Below the pieces are notes generated by a model, which had not been told where the DNA came from, made no database searches, and saw only the letters and a list, made by a program, of their open reading frames with translations. Shown in pieces: positions 28,632 through 39,132 of a DNA stretch of 64,000 bases. Every line of letters starts with the position of its first letter. The first letter of the stretch is position 1. The stretch lies in sequence record PX930852.1. One strand, 5' to 3'. A program made the translations under genes and the position numbers. Origin of the DNA: a phage.

Positions 28632-29432
28632 TTAGTGCAGTTGGTCAGCAGACTCTTTTTCAGCCATAGCTGAGATTTGCTTCACAAAATCATCACCAAA
28701 GTTAATGCGCAGCTTCTCTTCAATGATTGAAGCACCAATGCTCACCAGAACATCATTGATTGCTTGCATACTCACACCACCAGTCATACTCTCAATGAAC
28801 TCAATGCTTGTGCCCATCATCTGTGAAAGCTGGATTAGTGCAACGATATTCATCATCGTAGAGATGGCTGGAATCATCAATGCAACTTTCACCTGAAGTG
28901 GTTCAATGTCAGCTACAGAATCATTTTTTACAGCTTCTTCCAAAGAATCTTTGGTTTGCTGGATAATCTCTTTGATTCGTGGGTTTAATTCCTCTACACC
29001 CCAATCAAGCTTTTCATATCGTGACAGCTTCTCTTCCATTCGCTTCTCAAGAGCAGCCATAACAGCACTCGTTGATGAGATAAGCGTATCAATAATGAAA
29101 TCAGTGTCCTTAGTCAGCAACAGTTCCTTATCTTCGTCTGACATCCTGATATAGTCATTCTTTTGCATTTCATAAAAAATGAACTCAGCAAGTGCATCAA
29201 CACCAACCGCAATAGATGCCAGAGCAAGTGTAGTGTCTGTCAACATCATATTAACCTGTTCTGCAAAAGCACCGTTATCAGACTTGTCTTCAGGCAAGTT
29301 ATAGCTTGCAGGCATAAACTGTTCTGTGTAGTTATTACCACGAAGAATCATAGCCATGCTTTCTACGGCATTGATTAAGAATGCTTCATCAACACCTTTC
29401 TCTTCAAGCATCTTTTCTACATCGATATTCAT
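28632..29432 (-). CDS. Hypothetical protein
   Basis: 266-aa helical ORF. Confidence 0.4.
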   Translation of the reverse strand: MNIDVEKMLEEKGVDEAFLINAVESMAMILRGNNYTEQFMPASYNLPEDKSDNGAFAEQVNMMLTDTTLALASIAVGVDALAEFIFYEMQKNDYIRMSDEDKELLLTKDTDFIIDTLISSTSAVMAALEKRMEEKLSRYEKLDWGVEELNPRIKEIIQQTKDSLEEAVKNDSVADIEPLQVKVALMIPAISTMMNIVALIQLSQMMGTSIEFIESMTGGVSMQAINDVLVSIGASIIEEKLRINFGDDFVKQISAMAEKESADQLH

Positions 29433-29433
29433 A

Positions 29434-29856
29434 TTATTTCTCTCTCAGTTGGTTAAGTTTCTTTCTAGAACATTTTAAGTTTTCGGATGAAGAAAAGTCA
29501 AGTGTCTTTTCAGAACGTGGATAATAGTGCCTATCCCAAGAAGTTTCAACATCGTTAATCAGTGACGCTAGATTACACAGGTCTGTACCACTTTGCAACC
29601 TCTTTTTAAGAGAATCTAGTAAAGCAACTGTGTCTTTAGCTTTACGTCTCGCTGTAGCAACATCTTTCATATGCTCAAATACAGAGCATTTTAAGTCATC
29701 TTCATAGTTTTCAGACAACTCTATTTCATGTTGTATATCAACCATTCTCCTGTGATGGTGAGCATATTCCCGTTGAGCAGCAATGTCAAGTTCTTCCAAC
29801 TTCTGCAAAGCTCTAACAAAGTCAGCTATGTCTGGGTGAACAAACATTTTCTGCAT
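29434..29856 (-). CDS. Hypothetical protein
   Basis: 140-aa ORF. Confidence 0.4.
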   Translation of the reverse strand: MQKMFVHPDIADFVRALQKLEELDIAAQREYAHHHRRMVDIQHEIELSENYEDDLKCSVFEHMKDVATARRKAKDTVALLDSLKKRLQSGTDLCNLASLINDVETSWDRHYYPRSEKTLDFSSSENLKCSRKKLNQLREK

Positions 29857-29900
29857 GTAAGCCTCTTTTAAGTAACTATTAAGTTTTAATCTTTTATCTT

Positions 29901-29917
29901 AACGTATTCTATACGTT
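29901..29917. promoter_or_regulatory. Perfect 7-bp inverted repeat (AACGTAT-TCT-ATACGTT) in the divergent intergenic region
   Basis: Palindrome in AT-rich region between oppositely transcribed gene blocks; candidate operator. Confidence 0.3.
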
Positions 29918-30113
29918 ATACTTTAAAGCTTTTTAAAAGCTATTAAATAATCTTTTAAGAATTTTAAAGTATCTGTATAGTTAAACTGTTAAGTAACCTT
30001 TTAAGTAAAAACCCACTTCGCAAAGATTAACACCTTGTCAAGTGCATTGTCAACTTGCTTTTTATAATTTTTTGCAGTAATGTATGAGGTTAATGATTTT
30101 AGAGGGAGTAAAA

Positions 30114-32813
30114 ATGGAAAACGTAGATTTTAAAAACTTACATTTAGTTGGTGATACAGAAACTGATGGTTTACTCCTTGAGTTCACTAAAGTGCACGTA
30201 ATGGCTTTCGCAGACTATAAATCTGACGATGAAGAGCCACCTGTATGGGTCTTTACGGATGAACCTATCCTCGGTCACAAGTATACCAAGTACATTAAGG
30301 GTGGCTTACGTGAAGGTGTTGAATTTGCGTTAAAGGCAAAACGTCTTTGCATCCATAACGGTCTCGGTTATGACTGGTGGGTTTTTAATCACATTGCACC
30401 TGATTTATGGAACTTTGATAATCCAAAGTGTAAGCCGTGGAGTAATTTCTTTCAGGATTCTCTTATCCAGTCTCGTGTTCAGTGGATGGATAGACCAACT
30501 CCAAAGGGTTATAAAGGTGCTCATGGCTTGGCTGCATGGGGTGCTCGTGTTGGTGTTCGTAAGCCAGAGATTGAGCATTGGGGTGTGTGGAATGCAGAAA
30601 TCTTCACTCGTGTTGTAGAAGATATCCGTATTAACGCCAAAACTAAACGGGCACTTGATAACGAGTATCTCAAGCTTAAGAAGTGTGGCATAGACACTTA
30701 TGAAACTTACATGCGAGCTAAAGAAACATCTTTCTGGATGAGTCAACAAGCTATCAATGGTTGGAAAGCTGATAAAGAGCTTATGGAGTTCCATGTAAAG
30801 GAGCTTGACAAGTTGACTAATGAGCTTGCTTCAGAGGTTGAACCACATCTACCTCCAACTATTAAGACCAAAGGTAAAGTCACTGGAGAAGAGTTTGCAA
30901 AAGCTTGGAATGAGTATGTTGAAACATTTGGTCATGCAGATGGACTGAAAAGAATTACCAAGTACCCTAAGACAAAGTATCGTCAGCAGGTACGTAATGG
31001 TGAGATGCAGACATACGAAATCAAACCATTTGGTAAGCCAACTACAAAGATTTTTAACATTGAAAAGAGAAATTGCTATACACCAACCAACTCTGTAACT
31101 GGTGAAGAGTACAAGGAAGGCTTTGTAGCAATGAAGGATGCTCGTGCAATTTGCAATGAGTTGAACGCAAAGATTGGTAAGAAATGCAAAGACTGGAAGC
31201 CAGTAAAAACAGTCAAAACTGTGAAGTACTATAACAGCCACGTTGTTAACCACTTTGAACTTGAGTCAAGTCGCTACACAGGTTTGATTGATGCACCATA
31301 TACACCAATTGAGTTTGAAGTTTCTCGTATGACTCAGGTAGCAGTTGTTAAAGACTACTTGAAATCAGTTGGTTGGATTCCAGATGACTGGAACTACAAG
31401 AAAGACTCAGATGGTCGCCCTGTCAAAGTTTGTCGTTTCAAAGACAATAAAAAGATGATTACAAAACATCCTAAGTGGCAGGAGATGGTGGAACGATGTG
31501 GTTTAAGTTATGTTGAACATGAAGGTGTCCAGTACATTGAGCATAACTGGTCTGTGAAGAAGTACACAGATTTGCTTGAGCCTTGCTTAATCCGTACTTC
31601 ACCAAAACTTACTGAATCATCTTATGATACGATTGAAGGTGAGCTTGGACAGAAGATTGCTAAGTACTATACTTTGATGCACCGACGCAGAACTATTGAG
31701 AACTCAAAGGATGATGAAAAAGGTTGGTTGAACCAGATTCGTCCTGATGGTCGCCTTAGTGCTGGTGCAATGGTGTTCGGTACTTCAACTGGACGTATGA
31801 CGCAATATGGTATTGTAAACGTACCGTCTGGTGCTGCTGTCTATGGGGAACCAATGAGGGCAGTGTGGATTTGTGAGGAAGGTACTAACGTTGTCTCTGT
31901 AGATATGAACTCTGCCCAGCTAGTTCTTCTTTGTAACTTTATGGGTGATAAAGACTTCACCAAAGCGGTAACGCAAGGTAAAGAAGAAATTGAGTTCATT
32001 CGTCAAGAAGATGGACGCTATTACTGCAAACACTTTGATGAGTACCTCAACCCAGAGATTGATAAGTACCTTCGCTATGACTCTGAGAATGACCTGTACG
32101 TTGTTTATTCAGGGACTGATGCACATACACTGAACAGTATCTACTTTAGCTTGAATGATGAGCAGGATATCTTGACTTGTCGAGCTACTCAGGATGAGAA
32201 TCTTCTTCATGAGATTAGCAAAGGTCGTAAGAAAGCTAAGAATGGTATCTATGCACTACTGTTCGGTGCAGGGGATGAGAAGTTTGCTAAGACGATTAAA
32301 GCTGCAACTACTCAGGAAGGCGCACTGACTAAACAGACTTATTTTATTCGTTTGCCTAAAATTAAGAAGCTGTTAGATGACTTGGAAGCTGACTACAAAG
32401 CAACTAAAAAGGCACTTGAAGAGGTGTTTGGTAAGACTGCTGCAATCTCTAAAGGGGGTTTTGTAAAGGTTGCTGGAGCTTGGTTGTGGTGTAAATCTCC
32501 ACACAAACTGTTGAACTACCTTTTGATGGGTTCAGAGGCCCAGATTCAAAATGAGGCAATTAACCTTGCTTGTCGTCGCATGATTGACGAAGGGTTGATG
32601 AAGCTAAATGGGCGTAAACCAGCTATAGGTGCTCGTTTGCTCTGCGCATATCACGATGAAACAAGTTGGGAATGCCCAGAAAGTATGACGGCAGAAGTGA
32701 AAGCAGTTACTGACTGGTATTATGGACAAGCTTCTAAAAACTTAGGTCTTAAGAAAGAAACACTTGTTACAGGTACTGGTAAGGTTGGTAAAAGCTGGCT
32801 TGAAGTACACTAA
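30114..32813 (+). CDS. DNA polymerase, family A, with 3'-5' exonuclease domain
   Basis: Exo motif LHLVGDTETDGL; polymerase motifs VSVDMNSAQL (A), RKKAKNGIYALLFGAG (B), CAYHDETSWE (C); start set at ATG 30114 after GAGGGAG RBS. Confidence 0.85.
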   Translation: MENVDFKNLHLVGDTETDGLLLEFTKVHVMAFADYKSDDEEPPVWVFTDEPILGHKYTKYIKGGLREGVEFALKAKRLCIHNGLGYDWWVFNHIAPDLWNFDNPKCKPWSNFFQDSLIQSRVQWMDRPTPKGYKGAHGLAAWGARVGVRKPEIEHWGVWNAEIFTRVVEDIRINAKTKRALDNEYLKLKKCGIDTYETYMRAKETSFWMSQQAINGWKADKELMEFHVKELDKLTNELASEVEPHLPPTIKTKGKVTGEEFAKAWNEYVETFGHADGLKRITKYPKTKYRQQVRNGEMQTYEIKPFGKPTTKIFNIEKRNCYTPTNSVTGEEYKEGFVAMKDARAICNELNAKIGKKCKDWKPVKTVKTVKYYNSHVVNHFELESSRYTGLIDAPYTPIEFEVSRMTQVAVVKDYLKSVGWIPDDWNYKKDSDGRPVKVCRFKDNKKMITKHPKWQEMVERCGLSYVEHEGVQYIEHNWSVKKYTDLLEPCLIRTSPKLTESSYDTIEGELGQKIAKYYTLMHRRRTIENSKDDEKGWLNQIRPDGRLSAGAMVFGTSTGRMTQYGIVNVPSGAAVYGEPMRAVWICEEGTNVVSVDMNSAQLVLLCNFMGDKDFTKAVTQGKEEIEFIRQEDGRYYCKHFDEYLNPEIDKYLRYDSENDLYVVYSGTDAHTLNSIYFSLNDEQDILTCRATQDENLLHEISKGRKKAKNGIYALLFGAGDEKFAKTIKAATTQEGALTKQTYFIRLPKIKKLLDDLEADYKATKKALEEVFGKTAAISKGGFVKVAGAWLWCKSPHKLLNYLLMGSEAQIQNEAINLACRRMIDEGLMKLNGRKPAIGARLLCAYHDETSWECPESMTAEVKAVTDWYYGQASKNLGLKKETLVTGTGKVGKSWLEVH

Positions 32814-32874
32814 TTAGTATTGACAAGGTGCTCATGGAAGAGTACCTTATACTGTATCTTATATAGGAGGGCTT

Positions 32875-33084
32875 ATGAGCCATCGTGGAAGAACCCATGC
32901 AGCGATGATGAAAGGTGCTTCAAAGGAGACTATCAAAAATCGTAAGCAGAAGTTGTTTGAGAGAATGAACAGGTTAATTGACAATTCATCTCTTTCAGGT
33001 TCTGAGAAGGTTTTCTTGAAAGGTAATCTGAAAAGCATTGCACAAGAACTTATTGACATTGAGTATTGGAGACATCAAAAATGA
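32875..33084 (+). CDS. Hypothetical protein
   Basis: ORF with strong RBS (TAGGAGGG). Confidence 0.4.
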   Translation: MSHRGRTHAAMMKGASKETIKNRKQKLFERMNRLIDNSSLSGSEKVFLKGNLKSIAQELIDIEYWRHQK

Positions 33085-33299
33085 CACTTGCAGACGTTAT
33101 TCAGCAACTTCACGACAACTGCTATACTCCAGAGTTGATTCAGGAGATGTGTATTGTAGTGATGCCTAGCAAGTTCGTAAAAGCCTTTAACAGTGACACT
33201 TTAAGGTCTGCACACATTCTTATTGTTGAAGGTAAGATTGCAAAAGACCGTACTGGAGTACTCAAAGGTGAGCGTATTGATATTCTGGAGTTGCTATGA
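33081..33299 (+). CDS. Hypothetical protein
   Basis: ATGA start/stop overlap with the upstream gene. Confidence 0.4.
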   Translation: MTLADVIQQLHDNCYTPELIQEMCIVVMPSKFVKAFNSDTLRSAHILIVEGKIAKDRTGVLKGERIDILELL

Positions 33300-33565
33300 A
33301 GAAAATGTACAGTCTCTGGGGAAGTATTATGTGGAAAGCAGTAATTGCGCTTGGTGTTGTTTTTCTATCTGGCTGCAACCCTTCTTATGAAGATAAAAAT
33401 GCTTCTTACAGTCTCCCACCAGAGATGCAAGATTGCAGAGTATACAAGTTACATGGTGATGCTATAAGCAGAGATATTGTTGTTGTCAGATGTCCAAACT
33501 CCCAAACAACAACATCTTATAGCTATGGCAAAAATGGTCAATCACACACTACGGTTATTGAGTGA
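33296..33565 (+). CDS. Predicted lipoprotein
   Basis: Signal peptide with lipobox VVFLSGC. Confidence 0.5.
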   Translation: MKKMYSLWGSIMWKAVIALGVVFLSGCNPSYEDKNASYSLPPEMQDCRVYKLHGDAISRDIVVVRCPNSQTTTSYSYGKNGQSHTTVIE

Positions 33566-33575
33566 GGGTTTCACG

Positions 33576-33782
33576 ATGGAAGTCCTAGTAAACTATATCT
33601 ATTGTTATGATGTTGTTCACTCTACTACAACGGTAGCTCAACGTAACCCAATCGTCCCACGAGAAGGTGAGTTGGTTCGCATTGATGGTTGGACTTACAC
33701 TGTGGAAAGCATCATTCATAAGTTTGATGTTGCTGGTGATGTTCAAGTTATTGACGTAGAAATTGGTGGTAAGAGAAAATGA
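33576..33782 (+). CDS. Hypothetical protein
   Basis: Start set at internal ATG 33576 preceded by GAGGG. Confidence 0.35.
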   Translation: MEVLVNYIYCYDVVHSTTTVAQRNPIVPREGELVRIDGWTYTVESIIHKFDVAGDVQVIDVEIGGKRK

Positions 33783-34132
33783 AATCTAAGCAAACAATGG
33801 CAGATGCAATCTTCACAGTACACAGTTTCGAAAGGTTGCGCATCAAAGATGCAAAGGATACCCCAAAATGCGTTGTACATTTTATTAAAAGGCGTAGTAA
33901 CATGTCCTATATGAAATCTGACAAAGGCAATAGCACAAATGAATAAAGAAGACAAGCATAAAAATGCTGTATGAACTCCTGATGGAAAGGTTCAATCCTT
34001 CATTCTGACAGTTGGTGGAAAACCATTTCGTTGTCACTGCGGAGCGAACTGTTTTCATAAACCAGATAAAAATGACTTAGAGCTTTACGCATGTAATGCT
34101 TGCAACACTTGGTATCACTCAGAGGATTGATT

Positions 34133-34657
34133 ATGATTGACAATAGGCGCAGAAATATAATCATCAAAAACTTCCGCGAAGTGTCTCAAAATTTAAGGTT
34201 AGATGATGTCAGACTTAGGAAATCTTGGTATGACATAAAGGTATTAGAATATTCTAAAAATCAGCCAATTAAGTTATCTATCTTAGAACATTGGTATACA
34301 AACTTTGCAACACCTGAAAATCATAATAAATTATACAAAAACTATGTAGATATTTGTAAAAAGTTTGGTGTAGCAATAGTCGACGACAGTATTGGATTGC
34401 TTTATGACCTGTACACAAGGTTCTCTGAATATGCTTTTAATGTTCAGTTCAAGAACTACTTAAAGTATGATGATGGTTCATTAAAGTTGTACAACTATGG
34501 TTATGGAAAACTAGCCTGCAAACAAGATGATGGTTCTTTTATAGACTTCTACACAGGGGTTTTTGTGTACTTACCTGAACAGTGTATGTCACTATCTGGG
34601 TTAGCAGTCTCACAATTTGGTATCTTTATTCCAGTAAAATCACACATGCTAAGGTAA
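34133..34657 (+). CDS. Hypothetical protein
   Basis: Start set at ATG 34133 after AGAGGA RBS. Confidence 0.35.
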   Translation: MIDNRRRNIIIKNFREVSQNLRLDDVRLRKSWYDIKVLEYSKNQPIKLSILEHWYTNFATPENHNKLYKNYVDICKKFGVAIVDDSIGLLYDLYTRFSEYAFNVQFKNYLKYDDGSLKLYNYGYGKLACKQDDGSFIDFYTGVFVYLPEQCMSLSGLAVSQFGIFIPVKSHMLR

Positions 34658-34662
34658 TTTGA

Positions 34663-35763
34663 ATGACAATTCTGTACAAACAAAATAAAGACGGTTCCTT
34701 CAACGTCTGGTCATGCGTTGCTGTAGGTGACAAAGTTATTACAACCTACGGTAAAGAAAATGGCAAGATGATGTTTGAAGAGTATACAGCAGAGCCTAAA
34801 AACATCGGTAAAAAGAATGAGCGTAACGCTGAACAGCAAGCCCTCTTTGAAGTTGCTGCTAAGTATAAAAAGCAAGTTGACCGCAAAGGTTATGCTTACA
34901 CAAAAGAGTCTGCACAGAATACTGAGAAGGTAGGTGTACAGCTTGCTCATGATGCTGCAAAGGTTAGTCATGCAAAGTATCTGAAGTTCCCTGCTGATGC
35001 TCAACCAAAACTTGATGGTGTCCGTTGTAGAATTTCAAGAGATGCTGATGCAGTCAGTTTCACAGCTTATTCTCGTGAGAATACTGTTTACAACGTTCCA
35101 ACAGAACTAATCCCAGATTTGCTTTTGTTGCTTAAATTACATCCGCAAGTTGAAGACTTTGACGGAGAGATTTATGCTCATGGTTGGGACTTAGAAGATA
35201 TTGTATCTATGATTAAGAATGCTGACAATCCAGACCGTCACCTTCTTAAATTCTACTGGTATGATATCTGTGACAATTCAAAATCTTGGCCTGAGCGTCG
35301 TGAAGTTATTGATAACTCACCTATTGTTGAGCTTGGGGATACCTGTAGAGTTGTTCCTGTACAGACTATCCGTGTAAATTCTTGGGAAGAGTTTGATGAA
35401 GCTCATGATAAGTGGGTTGAAGCTAAGTTTGAAGGTGCAATGTACCGTTCAATCTCTGAAGACTCCTTCTATGAGTGTTGTCACCGTTCATACTTCTTGA
35501 TTAAGCACAAGAAGATGCACACTGAAGAGTTTAAAGTGACTGGTGTAAAGACCGATAAGCGTGGTCATGGTAAGTTCGTTGTAGAGACTCTTCCTAACGT
35601 CTTTGTAGATGTTTCATGGAAAACTACACACGAGAAGAAACAGTATCTTGCTGAACATCCTGAAGAGTTTATCGGGAAACCTTTAACTGTTCAGTTCCAG
35701 AAGATGACTCGTAAAGGTTCTTTACAGTTTCCTGTAGGGCTAGTTATTAGGGATTATGAGTAA
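34663..35763 (+). CDS. ATP-dependent DNA ligase
   Basis: Adenylation motif I PKLDGVRC (KxDGxR), FDGEIYA (III), EGAMYRS (IV), LIKHKKM (V). Confidence 0.7.
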   Translation: MTILYKQNKDGSFNVWSCVAVGDKVITTYGKENGKMMFEEYTAEPKNIGKKNERNAEQQALFEVAAKYKKQVDRKGYAYTKESAQNTEKVGVQLAHDAAKVSHAKYLKFPADAQPKLDGVRCRISRDADAVSFTAYSRENTVYNVPTELIPDLLLLLKLHPQVEDFDGEIYAHGWDLEDIVSMIKNADNPDRHLLKFYWYDICDNSKSWPERREVIDNSPIVELGDTCRVVPVQTIRVNSWEEFDEAHDKWVEAKFEGAMYRSISEDSFYECCHRSYFLIKHKKMHTEEFKVTGVKTDKRGHGKFVVETLPNVFVDVSWKTTHEKKQYLAEHPEEFIGKPLTVQFQKMTRKGSLQFPVGLVIRDYE

Positions 35764-35919
35764 ACTATGTTCAGTACAGTCATTCTATTTATACTGGTTG
35801 TCTTTGTATTGTCATACGTTGCAAGTAAGCTTTTGGACACATCTTTTGCAATGGGTGTCTTGTTTACAATCTTTTGTTTCGTGACGCATATAGCTATCAG
35901 AACTTTTTTATAAAAGTTG

Positions 35920-35947
35920 TTGACATAGGAAATTTGGTGAGTATACT
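35920..35947 (+). promoter_or_regulatory. Sigma70-type promoter (TTGACA-N16-TATACT)
   Basis: Consensus -35 at 35920-35925 and near-consensus -10 at 35942-35947. Confidence 0.5.
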
Positions 35948-35974
35948 GAGCATCATAAACCAACGGGTACTCAC

Positions 35975-36290
35975 CAGCATCACTTAAGAGTCTTTGAAAA
36001 GGGTTTTTAAGTGATGTAATGCGTGGCTCGGTGCAGTGAAGTATGGTGGGGTAGGGTATAATATGGTGCGGTAATGTATGGGTAGTTAGTCTCAGCTACA
36101 TTAAAATGAGACTTACCTTTTTAAAAGGTCTTTGGAGAGGGTCTTTTAATAAGGTCTGGTGTAGTAGGGTTGGGCATGGTACGGTCCGGTGTGGTGTGGC
36201 ACGGTATGGGTGGATGGTAGTATCCACGTTAAAAATCTACCAAGTTTCTAAAGAGTCTTCTGTTGAGGGTTCTTTACAAACAACTTAACA
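35975..36290. repeat. Repeat-dense non-coding island A: G-rich GGT-periodic arrays, conserved hairpin and direct-repeat element
   Basis: Hairpin AGTCTCAGCTACATTAAAATGAGACT at 36088-36113; element TTAAAAGGTCTTTGGAGAGGGTCTTTTAA at 36117-36154; GGTNN-periodic tracts at 36020-36085 and 36155-36225. Confidence 0.6.
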
Positions 36291-36299
36291 ATCAACTAA

Positions 36300-36905
<606 letters not shown>

Positions 36906-36907
36906 TT

Positions 36908-37348
36908 ATGAATACAAAAGCATTAGCAGCAAAGTTTAGTTACGGTGACACTGTATCACATTCTGAGATGGACACCTTCTTAGGTATTGTGAAGCCAACT
37001 TATCAAGGTGACATTGTTAAGTACGAAGATGAAATGAAGGCTTATGCACTTACACGTCTAAACCGACTTGAGAAGTTTATTGAAAAGCTTCTTAAAGAAG
37101 AGAAGATTTATCTGGTTGCTTCAATGGGTGTTGGTTATCGTGTGGTTGAACCTAAGCATCAAGCAACTATTGCAAAACGTAAAATGTCTGGTAAGATTGG
37201 TCGTGCTTTAAAGCAAGCCACTCAAGCGATTGAGAATGTGAATACTATGGCACTTAGTCATCAAGAACGTTCACGACTGATTGAACAGCAAAACCATTTA
37301 GCTGCTATGAAAGCTAACATTAACAAGCAACGTAGAAAACCTTTCTAA
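36908..37348 (+). CDS. Hypothetical protein (second gene of repeat-flanked cassette)
   Basis: 146-aa ORF with helical basic C-terminus. Confidence 0.4.
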   Translation: MNTKALAAKFSYGDTVSHSEMDTFLGIVKPTYQGDIVKYEDEMKAYALTRLNRLEKFIEKLLKEEKIYLVASMGVGYRVVEPKHQATIAKRKMSGKIGRALKQATQAIENVNTMALSHQERSRLIEQQNHLAAMKANINKQRRKPF

Positions 37349-37360
37349 GTTGACTAGGTA

Positions 37361-37383
37361 GCCTCTTCGGAGGCTCCTTTTTA
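37361..37383 (+). terminator. Rho-independent terminator (GCCTC-TTCG-GAGGC plus T-run)
   Basis: Stem-loop followed by TCCTTTTT directly after the 36908..37348 stop. Confidence 0.55.
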
Positions 37384-37790
37384 AAAGGTCTTTAAGAGGG
37401 TCTTTTAATGAGGTACGGCGCGGTTAGGTAAGGTCTGGTAGGGTAGGGTGAGGTTTGGTAAAGTGCGGGTAGTTAATCGGAGCTACATAAAAATTCGATT
37501 ACATCACTTAAGAGTCTTTAAATTATAGTCGATAGAGTATCTCATAGGGTTTTTAAGTGAGGTGTGGTAAAGCGCGGTTAGGTATGGCGCGGTCAGGTCA
37601 GGTGAGGTTCGGTGCGGGTAGTTAGTCTCAGCTACATTAAAATGAGACTTACCTTTTTAAAAGGTCTTTAAGAGGGTCTTTTAATAAGGTATTGTATGGT
37701 GTAGTTTGGTTAGGTATGGTTGGGTGTGGTAAGGTAGGGTATGGAAGGATGGCAGTAGCCTTATAAAAAATCTGCCAAATAAGCTATAAA
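37377..37790. repeat. Repeat-dense non-coding island B: two further copies of the island-A unit
   Basis: ~75 bp near-identical to island A at 37615-37690 (hairpin at 37624-37649); variant hairpin at 37475-37500; G-rich GGT-periodic arrays at 37410-37470, 37560-37620, 37690-37760. Confidence 0.6.
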
Positions 37791-37795
37791 ATCTG

Positions 37796-37830
37796 TTGAC
37801 AAGTCAGGTGTTATAGCTTATTTTTATACT
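37796..37830 (+). promoter_or_regulatory. Candidate promoter (TTGACA at 37796-37801 with A/T-rich -10 candidates)
   Basis: Consensus -35 hexamer; -10 either TATTTT (17-bp spacer) or TATACT (23-bp spacer), so ambiguous. Confidence 0.3.
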
Positions 37831-37868
37831 CAATGTAATACAAAATTTAATATAACTTTGAGGTCATT

Positions 37869-38252
37869 ATGAAAAAGGTTTTATTAGCTGCTGCAATGGT
37901 TATGGCAATGAATTTACCAGTTAATGCAACAGAACTTCCAAATGTGGACTTATCAGGTGTTCCAGAAGACACTTGTCAGATTGTTAAAGGTGTTGCTCTA
38001 TCTAAAGGTGAGCTACTTAAACCAATCTCTGAAGAGTCTTTGACAGAGATGACTGATAAGGTAACTGACTATCAATATCGTGTTCTTGCAGAGTATTTCC
38101 TGCAATCTGCAAATATTAAAGATAAACACCATGACGATATTGATGTACAAACTATGCTCAACCACCGTATCCAGTTTAAAGAAGATTTGATGCAAAAAGC
38201 TATGTATGGTGTTGAGTATTTCTTAGAAAACAGAAGCTGCACAGGTATTTGA
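37869..38252 (+). CDS. Secreted/periplasmic hypothetical protein
   Basis: N-terminal signal peptide MKKVLLAAAMVMAMNLPVNA. Confidence 0.45.
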   Translation: MKKVLLAAAMVMAMNLPVNATELPNVDLSGVPEDTCQIVKGVALSKGELLKPISEESLTEMTDKVTDYQYRVLAEYFLQSANIKDKHHDDIDVQTMLNHRIQFKEDLMQKAMYGVEYFLENRSCTGI

Positions 38253-38253
38253 T

Positions 38254-38466
38254 ATGGCTCTTAAAAAGTTACATCCCAGAAGCGGTTATGGTAAGATAAT
38301 TGACGATACAGACGGATTTACAGTCTTTACAGTCATCTGTCAAGATGATTCACAGATTGAAAAGGCTCTTGACGATTATCTTAACGATGAACGTGAAAAG
38401 GTTAGGGCTACAAACATAGATTCATTGATTGACACTTCACGCAAACGGAAGAAGAAAGATGAATGA
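38254..38466 (+). CDS. Hypothetical protein
   Basis: 70-aa ORF. Confidence 0.35.
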   Translation: MALKKLHPRSGYGKIIDDTDGFTVFTVICQDDSQIEKALDDYLNDEREKVRATNIDSLIDTSRKRKKKDE

Positions 38467-38758
38467 GATTTTTGACCCTTATGCTCCACAAGATGATTGG
38501 GAGGCTGATAGAGAGGCTGAAATGGAGAGTTATATTTGTCCAATGGATGTAGATGAAATGAGAGATTTCGTTGCACATCGTTTTAAGAGAGAGATTAAAT
38601 CCAGAGGTCTTTCTCAAGAGCAAGTTGCTAAAATTTGTGGTATCTCTCAGGCTCGTGTATCCAACATAATCCATCTCACTGGTAACGTCTCCCTTGAGTA
38701 TATGTTGGAAGTATGTGAAAAATTTGGTGTTAATTTTAATTTAAGGTTGGCAGATTAA
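38459..38758 (+). CDS. Helix-turn-helix (XRE-like) DNA-binding protein
   Basis: LSQEQVAKICGISQARVSNI helix-turn-helix segment; start set at ATG 38459. Confidence 0.5.
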   Translation: MNEIFDPYAPQDDWEADREAEMESYICPMDVDEMRDFVAHRFKREIKSRGLSQEQVAKICGISQARVSNIIHLTGNVSLEYMLEVCEKFGVNFNLRLAD

Positions 38759-38759
38759 T

Positions 38760-39119
38760 ATGAAACGTGAAAACATTATCCACTCTGAAAACTTCGCATT
38801 AGGCTTTTATGGCGTACCCACTCACCTTGAAAAGTATTATGGTGTGAAGATTCTCTCCAATCTCATTATGGCTTACAAAGATGGTAAGATTAAGCATACT
38901 GAGAAGAAACGTGTCATGGGCTATATGGCTGTAGGTTCAGCAATCTCGAACATTAAGCTGGAAACAACTAGCAGTCAGCTTGTGAAAGACCACTTCATCA
39001 AAGAGCTTTACCAGAATCTTGATGGTGTAGATGTTCAGGCTGTTTGGTTGGATGTTGATGGTCATAACTACACAAGTTTTGTTTTTAAAAACGACGACAT
39101 TAAGTGCTTGTTCCCATAA
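38760..39119 (+). CDS. Hypothetical protein
   Basis: 119-aa ORF. Confidence 0.35.
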   Translation: MKRENIIHSENFALGFYGVPTHLEKYYGVKILSNLIMAYKDGKIKHTEKKRVMGYMAVGSAISNIKLETTSSQLVKDHFIKELYQNLDGVDVQAVWLDVDGHNYTSFVFKNDDIKCLFP

Positions 39120-39132
39120 TAGGTGATTGATT

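Noticed and set aside
30405-31253. Minus-strand ORFs of 129 and 134 aa
   Set aside because: Antisense inside the DNA polymerase gene, which has clear motifs on the plus strand.
13246-32813. Introns or inteins in nrdA, nrdB, nrdD or the DNA polymerase
   Set aside because: All four genes read as single uninterrupted ORFs of normal length with conserved C-terminal motifs; no in-frame insertions were recognised.
36106-36288. 60-aa plus-strand ORF in repeat island A
   Set aside because: Lies wholly within the G-rich repeat array; its Gly/Trp/Arg-rich translation reflects the GGT periodicity; no RBS.
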